From Geotalea daltonii FRC-32 (GTDB taxonomy: Bacteria; Desulfobacterota; Desulfuromonadia; Geobacterales; Geobacteraceae), in contig NC_011979.1 of assembly GCF_000022265.1 (NCBI RefSeq), positions 4,260,001 to 4,292,000 on the forward strand: 32,000 nucleotides of DNA, read 5' to 3'. Below are positions 18,046-27,248 of this stretch, piece by piece. Numbering within the stretch: position 1 is the first letter of the stretch; each line of letters starts with the position of its first letter. Below the pieces are notes generated by a model, which saw nothing but the letters and a program-made list of their open reading frames with translations, was not told the DNA's origin and ran no database searches. The translations under genes and the position numbers were made by a program.

Positions 18046-18138
18046 AATTCCCCCTTTTTTCATCTGATGCTCATGATAGTCAACGCATCATGGCATATTA
18101 TCTTAATTAGAATGTCGATAAATATATAAATTTATCTA

Positions 18139-18314
18139 GTTTCCATCTGGAAACTCCGGATGAGAAACTAGTGGTTTCCGATTCGGAAAGAGGGGATTTT
18201 TTGTTCTGGCAAGGAAATCAATGGCTTGCGCGGAGACGTACATCGGTACGTCGCACAAGTAAGCCCGCAGATTGACGCCGCCAGGGCAGAAAAGAACCCT
18301 TTCCGGATGGAAAC
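18139..18314 (-). mobile_element. 176-bp MITE-like repeat, copy 2 (inverted relative to copy 1)
   Basis: The reverse complement is 169/176 identical to 5429-5604. The terminal inverted repeats have one mismatch. It is flanked by direct TATCTA at 18133-18138 and 18315-18320 (TAGATA in element orientation). Confidence 0.6.
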
Positions 18315-18436
18315 TATCTAATAATTCAACATAGATATTAATCGGCGCGGGGATAATAAACTTGAATTGGCTCTTTGAACTGCAGTATTCTGCAGTGTGA
18401 AGCAGATTAACAACAAAGGCAGCGGAGTCCAATTGT

Positions 18437-20893
18437 ATGGAGCTTTACAAGGGCCAGACGAATCCTGGCCGCAGAATCAAAAAAAGCAGCGGCAACAACA
18501 TTTTCAGGGCCGCCCTCATTTCAGGCGGTGTCATTGCTTTCCTGGCCTTCCTCTCTTTCATGGGCTACTTCTTCTTTCTTTTAGGCACCCTGCCCAAAGT
18601 AGATCGATTGGCCGATTATCGTCCCCCCATTGTTTCCCAGGTCTTCGGCGCCGATGGCAGCCTTGTCGGCGAATTCTACCTGGAGCGCAGGACCGTGGTC
18701 CCGGTTGACAAGGTGCCGAAAAAATTGATTCAGGCCTTTGTTGCCGCGGAAGACGCAAACTTTTACCAGCACAAGGGGATCGATTATCTGGGTATAGTAC
18801 GTGCCGCCTTCAAGAATTTGATTTCCATGCGCAAAAAGGAAGGTGCTTCCACCATCACCCAGCAGGTTGCCAAATCGATGCTTTTGACGCCGGAGAAAAA
18901 ATATTCCCGCAAACTCAAGGAAGCAATTCTGGCCAAGCGCATGGAAGAGCGGCTGTCCAAAGATGAGATCCTCTATATCTATCTCAACCAGATATATCTC
19001 GGCGCCGGCTCTTACGGGGTTCAGCTGGCAGCTGAAACCTATTTCGCCAAGAACGTCGAGAACCTGAACCTGGCTGAAATGGCCATGCTGGCTGGGCTGC
19101 CCAAAGCCCCCAACACCTATTCGCCCATCAAGCACCTGGAAAAAGCAAAGGAGCGGCAGAGCTACGTACTTGAGCGAATGGTCAAGGAGGGCTACATAAC
19201 CCAGGCGGAGGCCGATCACGCCAAGAACACACCGGTCCTCATCCGATCCCTGAAAAAGGTGAACAGCGAGCAATCGGCCTATTTCCTGGAACAGGTGCGT
19301 ATCCAGCTGGAAGAAAAATATGGAGAGGACCGGTTGTATAAGGAAGGTCTGAAAATCTATACGACCATGAATGCGGAGATGCAGAAGGCGGCCTATGAAG
19401 GTGTAGTCAACGGACTCAAGGCAGTTGACAAAAGGCAAGGGTTTCGCGGCCCCATCAAATACCTTTCTGAAGCTGAAATTGGTGATTTCTGCAAACATGT
19501 GGAAGACAGTATTGATTTACCCTCCCTAAAAGAGGGGGCTACCTATCAGGGGGTAGTTACGGCCGTCAATCCGGGGAAAAGTGAGGTAACCGTCAGAGTT
19601 GGTGACCGCACCGGTATTCTCAACCGTAAAAACATGGCCTGGGCAGGCAAGCTCAATCTGCTGGCGACCTACGGCAAACCCGAGCGCAAGGGAAAGACTC
19701 TTAATCCCGGAAGCGTCATCGAGGTATCAGTTGTCACGCCTGACGTGAATAAAAATGGCACCATCTTTGCCCTTGATCAGGAGCCGGAAGCCCAGGCGGC
19801 ACTTATCGCCATGGACCCCCAGACCGGCGGAGTGCGGGCCATGATAGGAGGATACGATTTCAAGAAAAGCCAGTTTAACCGGGCCATGCAGGCAAAGCGC
19901 AATCCCGGTTCCGCCTTCAAGCCGATCATCTATGCGGCTGCCATCGACAAGGGGATGAGCCCGGCAACCCTCATCGACGACTCGCCTGCAGAATATGAGA
20001 GCGGAAAGGAGCAGGCATGGAAGCCTAAGAACTACGACAATATCTATCGCGGTCCGGTTACCATGCGCGAGGCGCTGACCAATTCCATCAATGTCGTCAG
20101 CGTCAAGATACTTGAATCCATCGGCGTCAACACGGCCATAGAATACGGCAAGAAACTGGGAATCAGCTCCCCCCTCGCCGCCAACCTGACTCTAGCCCTT
20201 GGTTCATCAAGTCTTACACCAATGGAACTCACCAGCGCCTATGCCGTATTTGCCTCCGGAGGCTTCAGGGTCACCCCTTATTTTGTGACCAAGGTGGTCG
20301 ATCGTGAAGGAAACATCCTGGAAGAAACTTCACCTCCCCCACTGCCCGTCTTCTCATCAACGACCTCTGCCTTAAACCTGGCCATGCAGGACGTTAAAAA
20401 TAACAACTCTGCCGCCAGCAGCCCGACGGCAGTCCCGGTTATTTCTCCCGAAACCGCCTACATTATGACCAACCTCATGCAAAGTGTCGTAACCAGCGGT
20501 ACCGGTCAAAGGGCAAGGGCACTTGGCCGACCGGTGGCAGGCAAAACCGGGACGACCAATGACATGAAGGACGCCTGGTTTATAGGCTATGTGCCGCAGT
20601 TGGTAGCCGGTGTGTGGGTTGGCTATGATCAGGAACGGTCCCTGGGCGCCGGCGGCTCAGGCGGCCAGGCAGCAGCCCCCATCTGGACAGAGTTCATGCA
20701 GCGTGGTCTGGCTGGAGTATCGGTTACTAATTTTCCTGTTCCCGGCAACGTCACCTTTGCCCTGATCAATCCGCGCACCGGACGATTGGCCAGGGAAGGA
20801 AGCGAAGGTAGTGTAACCGAGTGCTTTATTCCCGGAACAGAGCCAACATCATATGATGGAGATGCCACTAACGCAGGCGATGAAATTAATTAA
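18437..20893 (+). CDS. mrcA: Penicillin-binding protein 1A (bifunctional glycosyltransferase/transpeptidase)
   Basis: N-terminal TM anchor. GT51 motifs are EDANFYQHKGID and GASTITQQ. Transpeptidase motifs are SAFKP, SINV (SxN) and KTGTT. Length is 818 aa. Confidence 0.93.
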   Translation: MELYKGQTNPGRRIKKSSGNNIFRAALISGGVIAFLAFLSFMGYFFFLLGTLPKVDRLADYRPPIVSQVFGADGSLVGEFYLERRTVVPVDKVPKKLIQAFVAAEDANFYQHKGIDYLGIVRAAFKNLISMRKKEGASTITQQVAKSMLLTPEKKYSRKLKEAILAKRMEERLSKDEILYIYLNQIYLGAGSYGVQLAAETYFAKNVENLNLAEMAMLAGLPKAPNTYSPIKHLEKAKERQSYVLERMVKEGYITQAEADHAKNTPVLIRSLKKVNSEQSAYFLEQVRIQLEEKYGEDRLYKEGLKIYTTMNAEMQKAAYEGVVNGLKAVDKRQGFRGPIKYLSEAEIGDFCKHVEDSIDLPSLKEGATYQGVVTAVNPGKSEVTVRVGDRTGILNRKNMAWAGKLNLLATYGKPERKGKTLNPGSVIEVSVVTPDVNKNGTIFALDQEPEAQAALIAMDPQTGGVRAMIGGYDFKKSQFNRAMQAKRNPGSAFKPIIYAAAIDKGMSPATLIDDSPAEYESGKEQAWKPKNYDNIYRGPVTMREALTNSINVVSVKILESIGVNTAIEYGKKLGISSPLAANLTLALGSSSLTPMELTSAYAVFASGGFRVTPYFVTKVVDREGNILEETSPPPLPVFSSTTSALNLAMQDVKNNNSAASSPTAVPVISPETAYIMTNLMQSVVTSGTGQRARALGRPVAGKTGTTNDMKDAWFIGYVPQLVAGVWVGYDQERSLGAGGSGGQAAAPIWTEFMQRGLAGVSVTNFPVPGNVTFALINPRTGRLAREGSEGSVTECFIPGTEPTSYDGDATNAGDEIN

Positions 20894-21094
20894 TTTTTTC
20901 TTTATTTTGTGCAACAGCAGATTTTTCCCCACTGCATAAGTAATTGATTTTTAACTATATTTTACAAATGCTCTTTTGGCGGGCATCCGCAAAAAATGGT
21001 CTTTGCCATCCTTTGCTGGACCTTGAAGGGGGAAAACAGAGCTGCCTAAAACTGCTACCCTCTTTAAAAAAAATGTTTTTTTTTAAATAAACCC

Positions 21095-21122
21095 TTGCAA
21101 ACTGCAAATATATGACTATAGT
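21095..21122 (+). promoter_or_regulatory. Candidate sigma70 promoter of hup with an upstream A/T-rich UP-like tract
   Basis: TTGCAA (21095-21100), a 16-nt spacer, then TATAGT (21117-21122). It is preceded by aaaaaaaatgttttttttttaaataaa. Confidence 0.45.
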
Positions 21123-21155
21123 ATTTCCAATTCTTACTCTAAAGGAGGGTTTATC

Positions 21156-21440
21156 ATGACTAAAGCAGAACTCGTTGAGGCAGTAGCAAAATCCGCAAGC
21201 CTGACCAAGGGTGCAGCTGAAAAAGCAGTCGGCGCTTTCATCTCGACTGTTAGCGGCGCGCTGAAAAAAGGCGACAGGGTTACTCTGGTAGGCTTCGGCA
21301 GCTTCGAAGTTGCAAGCAGAAAAGCCCGCACCGGTAGAAACCCACAGACTGGCAAGGAGATCAAAATTGCTGCTGCCAAGGTTCCCAAATTCCGTCCTGG
21401 CAAAGCTCTTAAGGATGCAGTTGCTTCCAAAAAGAAGTAA
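21156..21440 (+). CDS. hup: Nucleoid-associated DNA-binding protein HU
   Basis: 94 aa: [11 protein letters not shown]...[22 protein letters not shown]...[22 protein letters not shown] lies upstream of the start. Confidence 0.95.
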   Translation: MTKAELVEAVAKSASLTKGAAEKAVGAFISTVSGALKKGDRVTLVGFGSFEVASRKARTGRNPQTGKEIKIAAAKVPKFRPGKALKDAVASKKK

Positions 21441-21516
21441 CGATCTCCCAAATGTGATTTTCTCACATTAAATCTGACTTGTCTGGTACCCATACATACA
21501 TAATAAGCCATACAAG

Positions 21517-21543
21517 AACCCCGCCTCTGGCGGGGTTTTTTTA
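21517..21543 (+). terminator. Rho-independent terminator of hup
   Basis: AACCCCGCC (21517-21525) pairs with GGCGGGGTT (21529-21537) around a 3-nt loop. A T-run extends to 21542. Confidence 0.85.
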
Positions 21544-21686
21544 TTCCCGATGGTGTCAAAACCCTCATGCCTTTCCAATGCCAGCATCTCGTATATACTC
21601 TACAGATGTTGTATTAACAGTCCGTTATGTTATTATGTCTGCAAAATGCCCGCCCCTGCTTCAGGCCCGCTGTCAAGGAGTACTTC

Positions 21687-22022
21687 ATGTGTAAAATCTT
21701 TAGTCGATTACTCTTTCTTTCCTTCTTTTTCAGCTGCGGCTGCACCATGTTCGGCGCCTGGCGAACCATACCTCCGCCTGGAGGATGCGACCAGTGCCAC
21801 ACCGTCTCTATTACCAACAACTGGAAAGTAGCTTACCACGCACCCACTCTCACCGACGAGCGAGACCGTGACTACTTCCAGACCGAAGCCTACAACATGC
21901 CCGACACCTCAAAACCCACCTCAGTGCTGGAATTGAGCAAAGTAGAAGAGCTTCGCTGTTTCGAGTGCCATAAATCGCCAAATGCTGCCCATAAGGGAAG
22001 AAAGGGGCGTTTCCACCATTGA
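21687..22022 (+). CDS. Small dihaem c-type cytochrome, probable lipoprotein
   Basis: I prefer ATG 21687 because AAGGAG (21675-21680) lies 6 nt upstream; the ORF track start is 21627. The N-terminus MCKIFSRLLFLSFFFSCGC is signal- or lipobox-like. There are two CXXCH motifs (CDQCH, CFECH). Confidence 0.7.
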   Translation: MCKIFSRLLFLSFFFSCGCTMFGAWRTIPPPGGCDQCHTVSITNNWKVAYHAPTLTDERDRDYFQTEAYNMPDTSKPTSVLELSKVEELRCFECHKSPNAAHKGRKGRFHH

Positions 22023-23461
22023 AAACAACTTTCCGCAAGACCAAGATAATTGCCACTCTGGGGCCAAGCAGTTCTTCTGAAAAGATGATAACCCGCCTCA
22101 TGGATGCTGGTGTCGATGTTTTCCGTCTCAACTTTTCCCATGGCTCCCAGCAAGAAAAAAGAGCTCTCATCACCACCATCCGGGCTCTTTCGGACAGGAA
22201 AAAGGTGGCAATCGCCATTCTTGCCGATCTCCAGGGGCCGAAGATCAGGACCGGCCGCATGGCCGATGGGGCCATTCGCCTGGTGAAGGGTGAAAAACTG
22301 GATATTACCACCGATGAAGTGCTCGGCCGTCCCGGACTGATATCCACCATCTACAAGGCCTTACCCCATGATGTGAAACCGGGATCGAAAATACTGCTTG
22401 ATGACGGCATGATTGAACTGAAGGTTGTTTCAATCTCCGGTAACGTCGTTCACTGTAATATTGTCGAAGGAGGGATGCTGAAAGATCTCAAGGGTATCAA
22501 CCTTCCCGGGGTGGCAGTTTCTGCGCCTTCACTTTCCGATAAGGACCGGGCGGACCTGGAATTCTGCCTTGAGATGGGGGTCGATTTTGTCGCCCTTTCC
22601 TTTGTCCGCCAGGCCTCGGATGTGGAGGGTATCAAGGAGATAATCCGTGGCAAGGGGCTCAATACGCCGGTGGTTGCCAAGATAGAAAAGCCTGAAGCCC
22701 TGCGCAACTTCAACAGCATCCTTGCCGTGACGGATGCTGTAATGGTTGCACGGGGGGACCTTGGTGTCGAACTGAGTGCAGAGCGGGTTCCCCTGGTGCA
22801 GAAAAGCATAATCCGCGCCTGTAATGAGGTGGGCAAGCCGGTAATTACAGCAACCCAGATGCTGGAATCAATGATTGTGCATGCCCGCCCCACCCGCGCT
22901 GAAACATCCGATGTGGCCAATGCCATTCTTGACGGGACCGATGCCGTCATGCTTTCCGGAGAGACTGCTTCCGGTGCTTATCCCATCGAGGCGGTGCGGA
23001 CCATGGCCAAAATCGCGCTGGATATCGAACACGCTGAACTATGGCGTATTCCGGCCATAAAACAGGTACATAGCGATAACGTTCCCGAGGCCGTCGCCGA
23101 AGCCTCCTGTCACGCCGCATCGACACTGAAGGCCAAGGCTTTGGTTGTTTTCACCCAATCTGGAAACACTGCCGCCCTCATCTCAAAGTTCCGTCCGCAA
23201 CTGCCCATTATCGCCTTTACACCATTTCCGGAAATCCAGCGCCGGCTTGCCCTCTATTGGGGGGTTAAAAGCTACCCTGTGGGCTCTGTGGGAGGCACCA
23301 GGCAGCAGATAAAGGTCGGCGAGGAAACACTGATGACCACAGGCTTCAGGAAAGGTGACCTGGTCGTTGTCTCCATGGGAGTGCCTTTAGAAGCAAAAGG
23401 CTCTACCAATCTGATGAAGGTCCACAGGTTGGGCACTGAAGGCTACTATGAGATTTTTTGA
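22019..23461 (+). CDS. pyk: Pyruvate kinase
   Basis: TTG start overlaps the cytochrome TGA (aTTGA). The N-terminus KTKIIATLGPSS and the motifs FRLNFSHG and MVARGDLGVE are present. Length is 480 aa. Confidence 0.95.
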   Translation: MKTTFRKTKIIATLGPSSSSEKMITRLMDAGVDVFRLNFSHGSQQEKRALITTIRALSDRKKVAIAILADLQGPKIRTGRMADGAIRLVKGEKLDITTDEVLGRPGLISTIYKALPHDVKPGSKILLDDGMIELKVVSISGNVVHCNIVEGGMLKDLKGINLPGVAVSAPSLSDKDRADLEFCLEMGVDFVALSFVRQASDVEGIKEIIRGKGLNTPVVAKIEKPEALRNFNSILAVTDAVMVARGDLGVELSAERVPLVQKSIIRACNEVGKPVITATQMLESMIVHARPTRAETSDVANAILDGTDAVMLSGETASGAYPIEAVRTMAKIALDIEHAELWRIPAIKQVHSDNVPEAVAEASCHAASTLKAKALVVFTQSGNTAALISKFRPQLPIIAFTPFPEIQRRLALYWGVKSYPVGSVGGTRQQIKVGEETLMTTGFRKGDLVVVSMGVPLEAKGSTNLMKVHRLGTEGYYEIF

Positions 23462-23472
23462 ACGGAGGCTGC

Positions 23473-24597
23473 ATGAGAAAGCTTTTTGACGAGATGCGGA
23501 TAAACCGCCTGGTGCTGAACAATCGTTTTGTCCGCTCCGCCACCTGGGAAGGAATGTGTGAGGAGGACGGGCGTCCTACGGCAAGGTTAGCCGCCTATTA
23601 TGCCAATCTTGCCAGAGGAGGAGCAGGACTCATCATCACCGGTTATGCTTTCATAAGCCCTGATGGCAAGCAACTTCCCGGTCAGATGGGTATTCATGAC
23701 GACTCTTTCGCCCCGCCCATGCGTGATCTGACTGCAGCGGTCCATGGCGCCGGCGGGAAAATCTGTCTGCAGATGGTCCATGCCGGAGGGCAGACCTCTG
23801 CCAAGGTCATCGGCACCAGACCTGTGGCCCCATCGACGCTACAGACCCCCCAGTTCCCGGAAGAGCCTGCAGAGCTTTCCTTGCAGGAGATAGGAAAAAT
23901 GGTCCGGCTTTTTGGCGATGCCGCCGCAAGAGCCAAGGAGTGTGATTTCGACGCAGTTCAGCTGCATGCGGCCCATGGGTATCTGATCAACCAGTTCCTC
24001 TCCCCCCTTACCAACCGGAGAAATGATGCCTATGGGGGATCCATCGAGAACCGCTGCCGCTTCCTCCTTGAATGTTATGCCAGTGTGCGTAAAGGGGTGG
24101 GTAATGAATTTCCGGTGCTGGTCAAGCTCAATGGCGACGATAACCTTCCCGGGGGGTTGACTCTTGAAGATGCGCTCTTTGCTGCCCGCGCTCTTGATCA
24201 GGAGGGAATTGACGCCATAGAGGTGAGCGGCGGCACTCCTGCTTCGGGAGATTTGGCCCCTGTTCGGCAGGGCATTTCCACACGCGAGCAGGAGGCCTAC
24301 AACCTGCCAATGGCTTACCGGATTAAGGAAGCAGTCTCCTGCCCGGTCATGGTCGTAGGTGGGCTCCGATCCTTCGAGATCATTGAGGGAATTGTCCGCC
24401 GCGGTGAAGCTGACTACATCTCCATGTCGCGCCCGTTTATCCGTGAACCTGAGCTGGTAAGGCGATGGGAGAAGGGTGACGAAGCCAGGGCAACCTGTAT
24501 TTCATGTAACGGCTGCTTCAAGCCCGGCTTGAAAGAAGGGCAGATTTATTGTGTTGTGAATAAAATCGAAAGGGAAAACAAGGGAATGTCGTTATAA
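23473..24597 (+). CDS. NADH:flavin oxidoreductase, Old Yellow Enzyme family
   Basis: Contains HAAHGYLINQFLSPLTNRRNDAYGGSIENRCRF. I prefer ATG 23473 (GGAGG at 23463-23467) over the ORF-track TTG at 23458. Confidence 0.9.
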   Translation: MRKLFDEMRINRLVLNNRFVRSATWEGMCEEDGRPTARLAAYYANLARGGAGLIITGYAFISPDGKQLPGQMGIHDDSFAPPMRDLTAAVHGAGGKICLQMVHAGGQTSAKVIGTRPVAPSTLQTPQFPEEPAELSLQEIGKMVRLFGDAAARAKECDFDAVQLHAAHGYLINQFLSPLTNRRNDAYGGSIENRCRFLLECYASVRKGVGNEFPVLVKLNGDDNLPGGLTLEDALFAARALDQEGIDAIEVSGGTPASGDLAPVRQGISTREQEAYNLPMAYRIKEAVSCPVMVVGGLRSFEIIEGIVRRGEADYISMSRPFIREPELVRRWEKGDEARATCISCNGCFKPGLKEGQIYCVVNKIERENKGMSL

Positions 24598-24625
24598 ACT
24601 CTCTTTTTCCGAAGCTGCATGGTAA

Positions 24626-24644
24626 AAGCCCTCGTCGAGGGCTT
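24626..24644. terminator. Shared hairpin terminator between the OYE gene (+) and prfC (-)
   Basis: AAGCCCTC pairs with GAGGGCTT as an 8-bp stem with a 3-nt loop. TTCTTT follows on the + strand and TTTT on the - strand. Confidence 0.55.
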
Positions 24645-24649
24645 CTTTG

Positions 24650-26233
24650 TCAGCTATGCTCACGGGTTGCATGGAATTGGATATCTTTCCAGTTTTCCAT
24701 GGTGTTGTCCAGCCGCCACTGGCTCCCCGCCAAGTAGGCCAGATTCCCCTCCCCGTCCCGGTAAAGACTCATGGCTTCTTTCTTTTCAAATTCGTCCATT
24801 TTCTTCTTTTCCCCTGTCACCCAGCGGGCAGTTACATAGGAAACCGGCTCATAGGTGGCCTTGACCTTGTATTCATGCTCCAGCCGATGCATAACCACGT
24901 CGAACTGCAGCAAACCCACAGCGCCGACAATCCAGTCGCTTCCCATCAAGGGGCGAAACACCTGCGTAGTTCCTTCTTCCGCCAGTTGCACCAGCCCTTT
25001 TTCCAGAGCCTTCGATTTCATCGGGTCAAGCAGGCGCACCTTGCGGAAGTGTTCGGGGGCGAAATTGGGAATACCGGTATATTTAAGGTCCTCCCCTTGG
25101 GTAAAGGTATCCCCGATCTTGATGGTGCCATGGTTATGAATGCCGATGATATCGCCGGGATATGCCTCATCCACATTGGTGCGATCCTGGGCCATGAAGA
25201 TCGTGGCATTGGCAATCTGCACCTCGCGGCCGAGGCGGATGTGCCTGACCTTCATGCCCCGGGTGAATTTCCCGGAACAGATGCGGAAAAAAGCGATGCG
25301 GTCCCGGTGAGCCGGGTCCATGTTTGCCTGGATCTTGAAAGTAAAGCCGGAAAATGCCTCTTCGTAGGGGAAGACCTCTCTCGTTTCCGTTTCCCGCGGC
25401 TGCGGTGGCGGCGCGTGCTCGATGAAAGTATCCAGGAGCTGTTGAACACCAAACGTGTTGATGGCACTGCCGAAAAAGACGGGCGTCTGCAGCCCGGCCA
25501 GATATGCCTCCTGCTCAAAGGGATGGGCTGCACCTTCCAGAAGTTCCACATCGTTGCGCAGCTCTTCCACCTGCGAGCCAAGCAGCTCATCCAGAAGAGG
25601 GTCGTCCAGCCCCTTCACGGTAATGGTCTGGCCAGTACCCCGGTCAGCCTCGGGATCGAAAAAGGTCAGTTCTTTGCTGTAGAGGTGGTAGGTGCCGCGA
25701 AATCTTTTGCCCATCCCCACCGGCCAGGTCATGGGCGCACATTGTATGTTGAGGGTGCTCTCGATGTCGTCAAGAAGGTCAAGGGGTTCGCGTCCCTCAC
25801 GGTCCAGCTTGTTGATAAAGGTCATGATCGGCGTATGTCGCAACCGGCATACTTCCAAAAGCTTCTTCGTCTGGCTTTCCACCCCTTTTACCGAGTCGAT
25901 CACCATTAGTACTGAGTCTACGGCAGTAAGGGTCCGGTAGGTATCTTCGGAGAAATCGTTATGACCTGGGGTATCGAGAAGATTGATCTCGTAATCCCGG
26001 TAGGTGAACTTCATCACCGACGAAGTGACCGAAATGCCGCGCTGTTTCTCCATCTCCATCCAGTCCGATGTGGCATGGCGTGCGGCCTTTCGCGCCCGGA
26101 CTTCCCCTGCCTGCTGGATGGCGCCCCCGAAAAGCAGCAGCTTTTCCGTTATGGTCGTCTTTCCAGCATCGGGATGGCTGATGATGGCGAAAGTGCGCCT
26201 GCTGTCAATTTCCTTCTCAAAATGCTTCTTCAT
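24650..26233 (-). CDS. prfC: Peptide chain release factor 3 (GTPase)
   Basis: 527 aa with G1 motif [11 protein letters not shown]3 motif DTPGH and G4 motif NKLD. The RF3-like body shows no interruptions. Confidence 0.97.
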
Positions 26234-26278
26234 TAACCTGCTCCTGTACCTGGCAACGCAATTAGTGCAGACGAAAGA

Positions 26279-26303
26279 AAGGCGAAGAGGTTATCTTCGC
26301 CTT
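26279..26303 (-). other. Perfect 10-bp stem-loop in the prfC leader
   Basis: AAGGCGAAGA (26279-26288) pairs with TCTTCGCCTT (26294-26303) around a 5-nt loop. On the prfC sense strand it is followed by TCTTTCGTCT and lies about 45 nt upstream of the start codon. Confidence 0.4.
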
Positions 26304-26423
26304 AGGAAGTACCATTAAATAATGCCATGTCGCCCCTGAAAGGGCAATAAAAAACTGGGTTTGCAGATGGCCCATCCAGAAAACCTCTTCCTTTTATTGT
26401 TATCTAAGTGATAGATTTAAATT

Positions 26424-27218
26424 ATGGACAGGACGATGCGCTCTCCCCTGCTGATCGATACCCATTGTCATCTTGCCGACCCGGCCTTTGCCGGCAGGTT
26501 GCCTGCCGTTATCCGGGCAGGCAGGATGGCCGGAGTGATGAAATTCATCGCCCCGGCAATCGAGCCGGAGGAATGGCAAAGGCTTCAAGTTCTCCATAAG
26601 TCCCATTCGGAAATTTTTCCAGCCTATGGCCTGCACCCCATGCATGCACGGCTATTTTCCCGAAGCGTCCTAGAGGAACTTGAGTCATGTGCGCAATCTG
26701 CCATAGCTATTGGCGAGATCGGATTGGATTACACCCTGGCCGTATCCAGGGAAATACAGATGCACTCTTTCCGCCAACAACTCAGGCTTGCTCGAAAGCT
26801 GGATCTGCCGGTCCTGCTCCATTGCCGCAAGGCCTTTCAGGACCTGATAACCATTCTGCAAAATGAGGGGGAGGGGCGGATCAAAGGAGTAATGCATGCC
26901 TTTTCCGGCAGCGTGGAAACTGCGGTAAAATGTATGGGTATCGGGCTTTACATTTCCATGGCCGGGACGGTCACTTTCGCCAATGCAGTCCGTCCGGTGG
27001 CTGTGGCCAGGAAAATGCCGCTCAGCCACCTGCTCCTTGAAACGGACGCGCCTGACCTCTCCCCCGAACCCTACCGTGGCACGTGCAATGAACCCGCTTT
27101 TCTCATGGCAACAGCAACTAAGATAGCCGAAATCAAGGGGCTGACTCTTGGAGAAGTTGCCGCCCAGACATCCAGGAATGCCGTCGAACTGTTTCGGTTG
27201 CCGGCATTATTAATTTAG
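26424..27218 (+). CDS. tatD: TatD-family metal-dependent hydrolase/DNase
   Basis: IDTHCHL near the N-terminus, GEIGLDY, and HCR/HAFSG/ETDAP metal-ligand contexts. The start is ambiguous between 26424 and 26436. Confidence 0.9.
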   Translation: MDRTMRSPLLIDTHCHLADPAFAGRLPAVIRAGRMAGVMKFIAPAIEPEEWQRLQVLHKSHSEIFPAYGLHPMHARLFSRSVLEELESCAQSAIAIGEIGLDYTLAVSREIQMHSFRQQLRLARKLDLPVLLHCRKAFQDLITILQNEGEGRIKGVMHAFSGSVETAVKCMGIGLYISMAGTVTFANAVRPVAVARKMPLSHLLLETDAPDLSPEPYRGTCNEPAFLMATATKIAEIKGLTLGEVAAQTSRNAVELFRLPALLI

Positions 27219-27248
27219 ATTTTTCAATTACCATCATGAGGTTTATAC

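Noticed and set aside
20975-21040. Sigma54-like TGGC...GC strings (ttggcgggcatccgca, tggtctttgcc...tttgct) upstream of hup
   Set aside because: The GG-to-GC spacing is off by one or more in every register. The first string is better explained as a small GCGG/CCGC hairpin.
21451-21469. TGTGA-N5-TCACA palindrome resembling a CRP/FNR-type site
   Set aside because: The spacing is 5 rather than the required 6, and it lies just downstream of the hup stop codon, upstream of the real terminator. It is more simply a 7-bp 3'-UTR hairpin.
24647-25909. 420-aa ORF on the + strand
   Set aside because: It lies entirely antisense to prfC, whose product has unmistakable GTPase/RF3 motifs. The translated antisense sequence is low-complexity and motif-free. 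This is a shadow ORF typical of GC-biased coding regions.
26355-26382. tttgcagatggcccatccagaaaa resembles fused element termini (CCATCCGGAAA / TTTCCGGATGG); possible excision footprint or solo TIR
   Set aside because: Only about 8 of 11 positions match per half, there is no flanking duplication, and the palindrome core is just GATGG/CCATC. This is most likely chance similarity.
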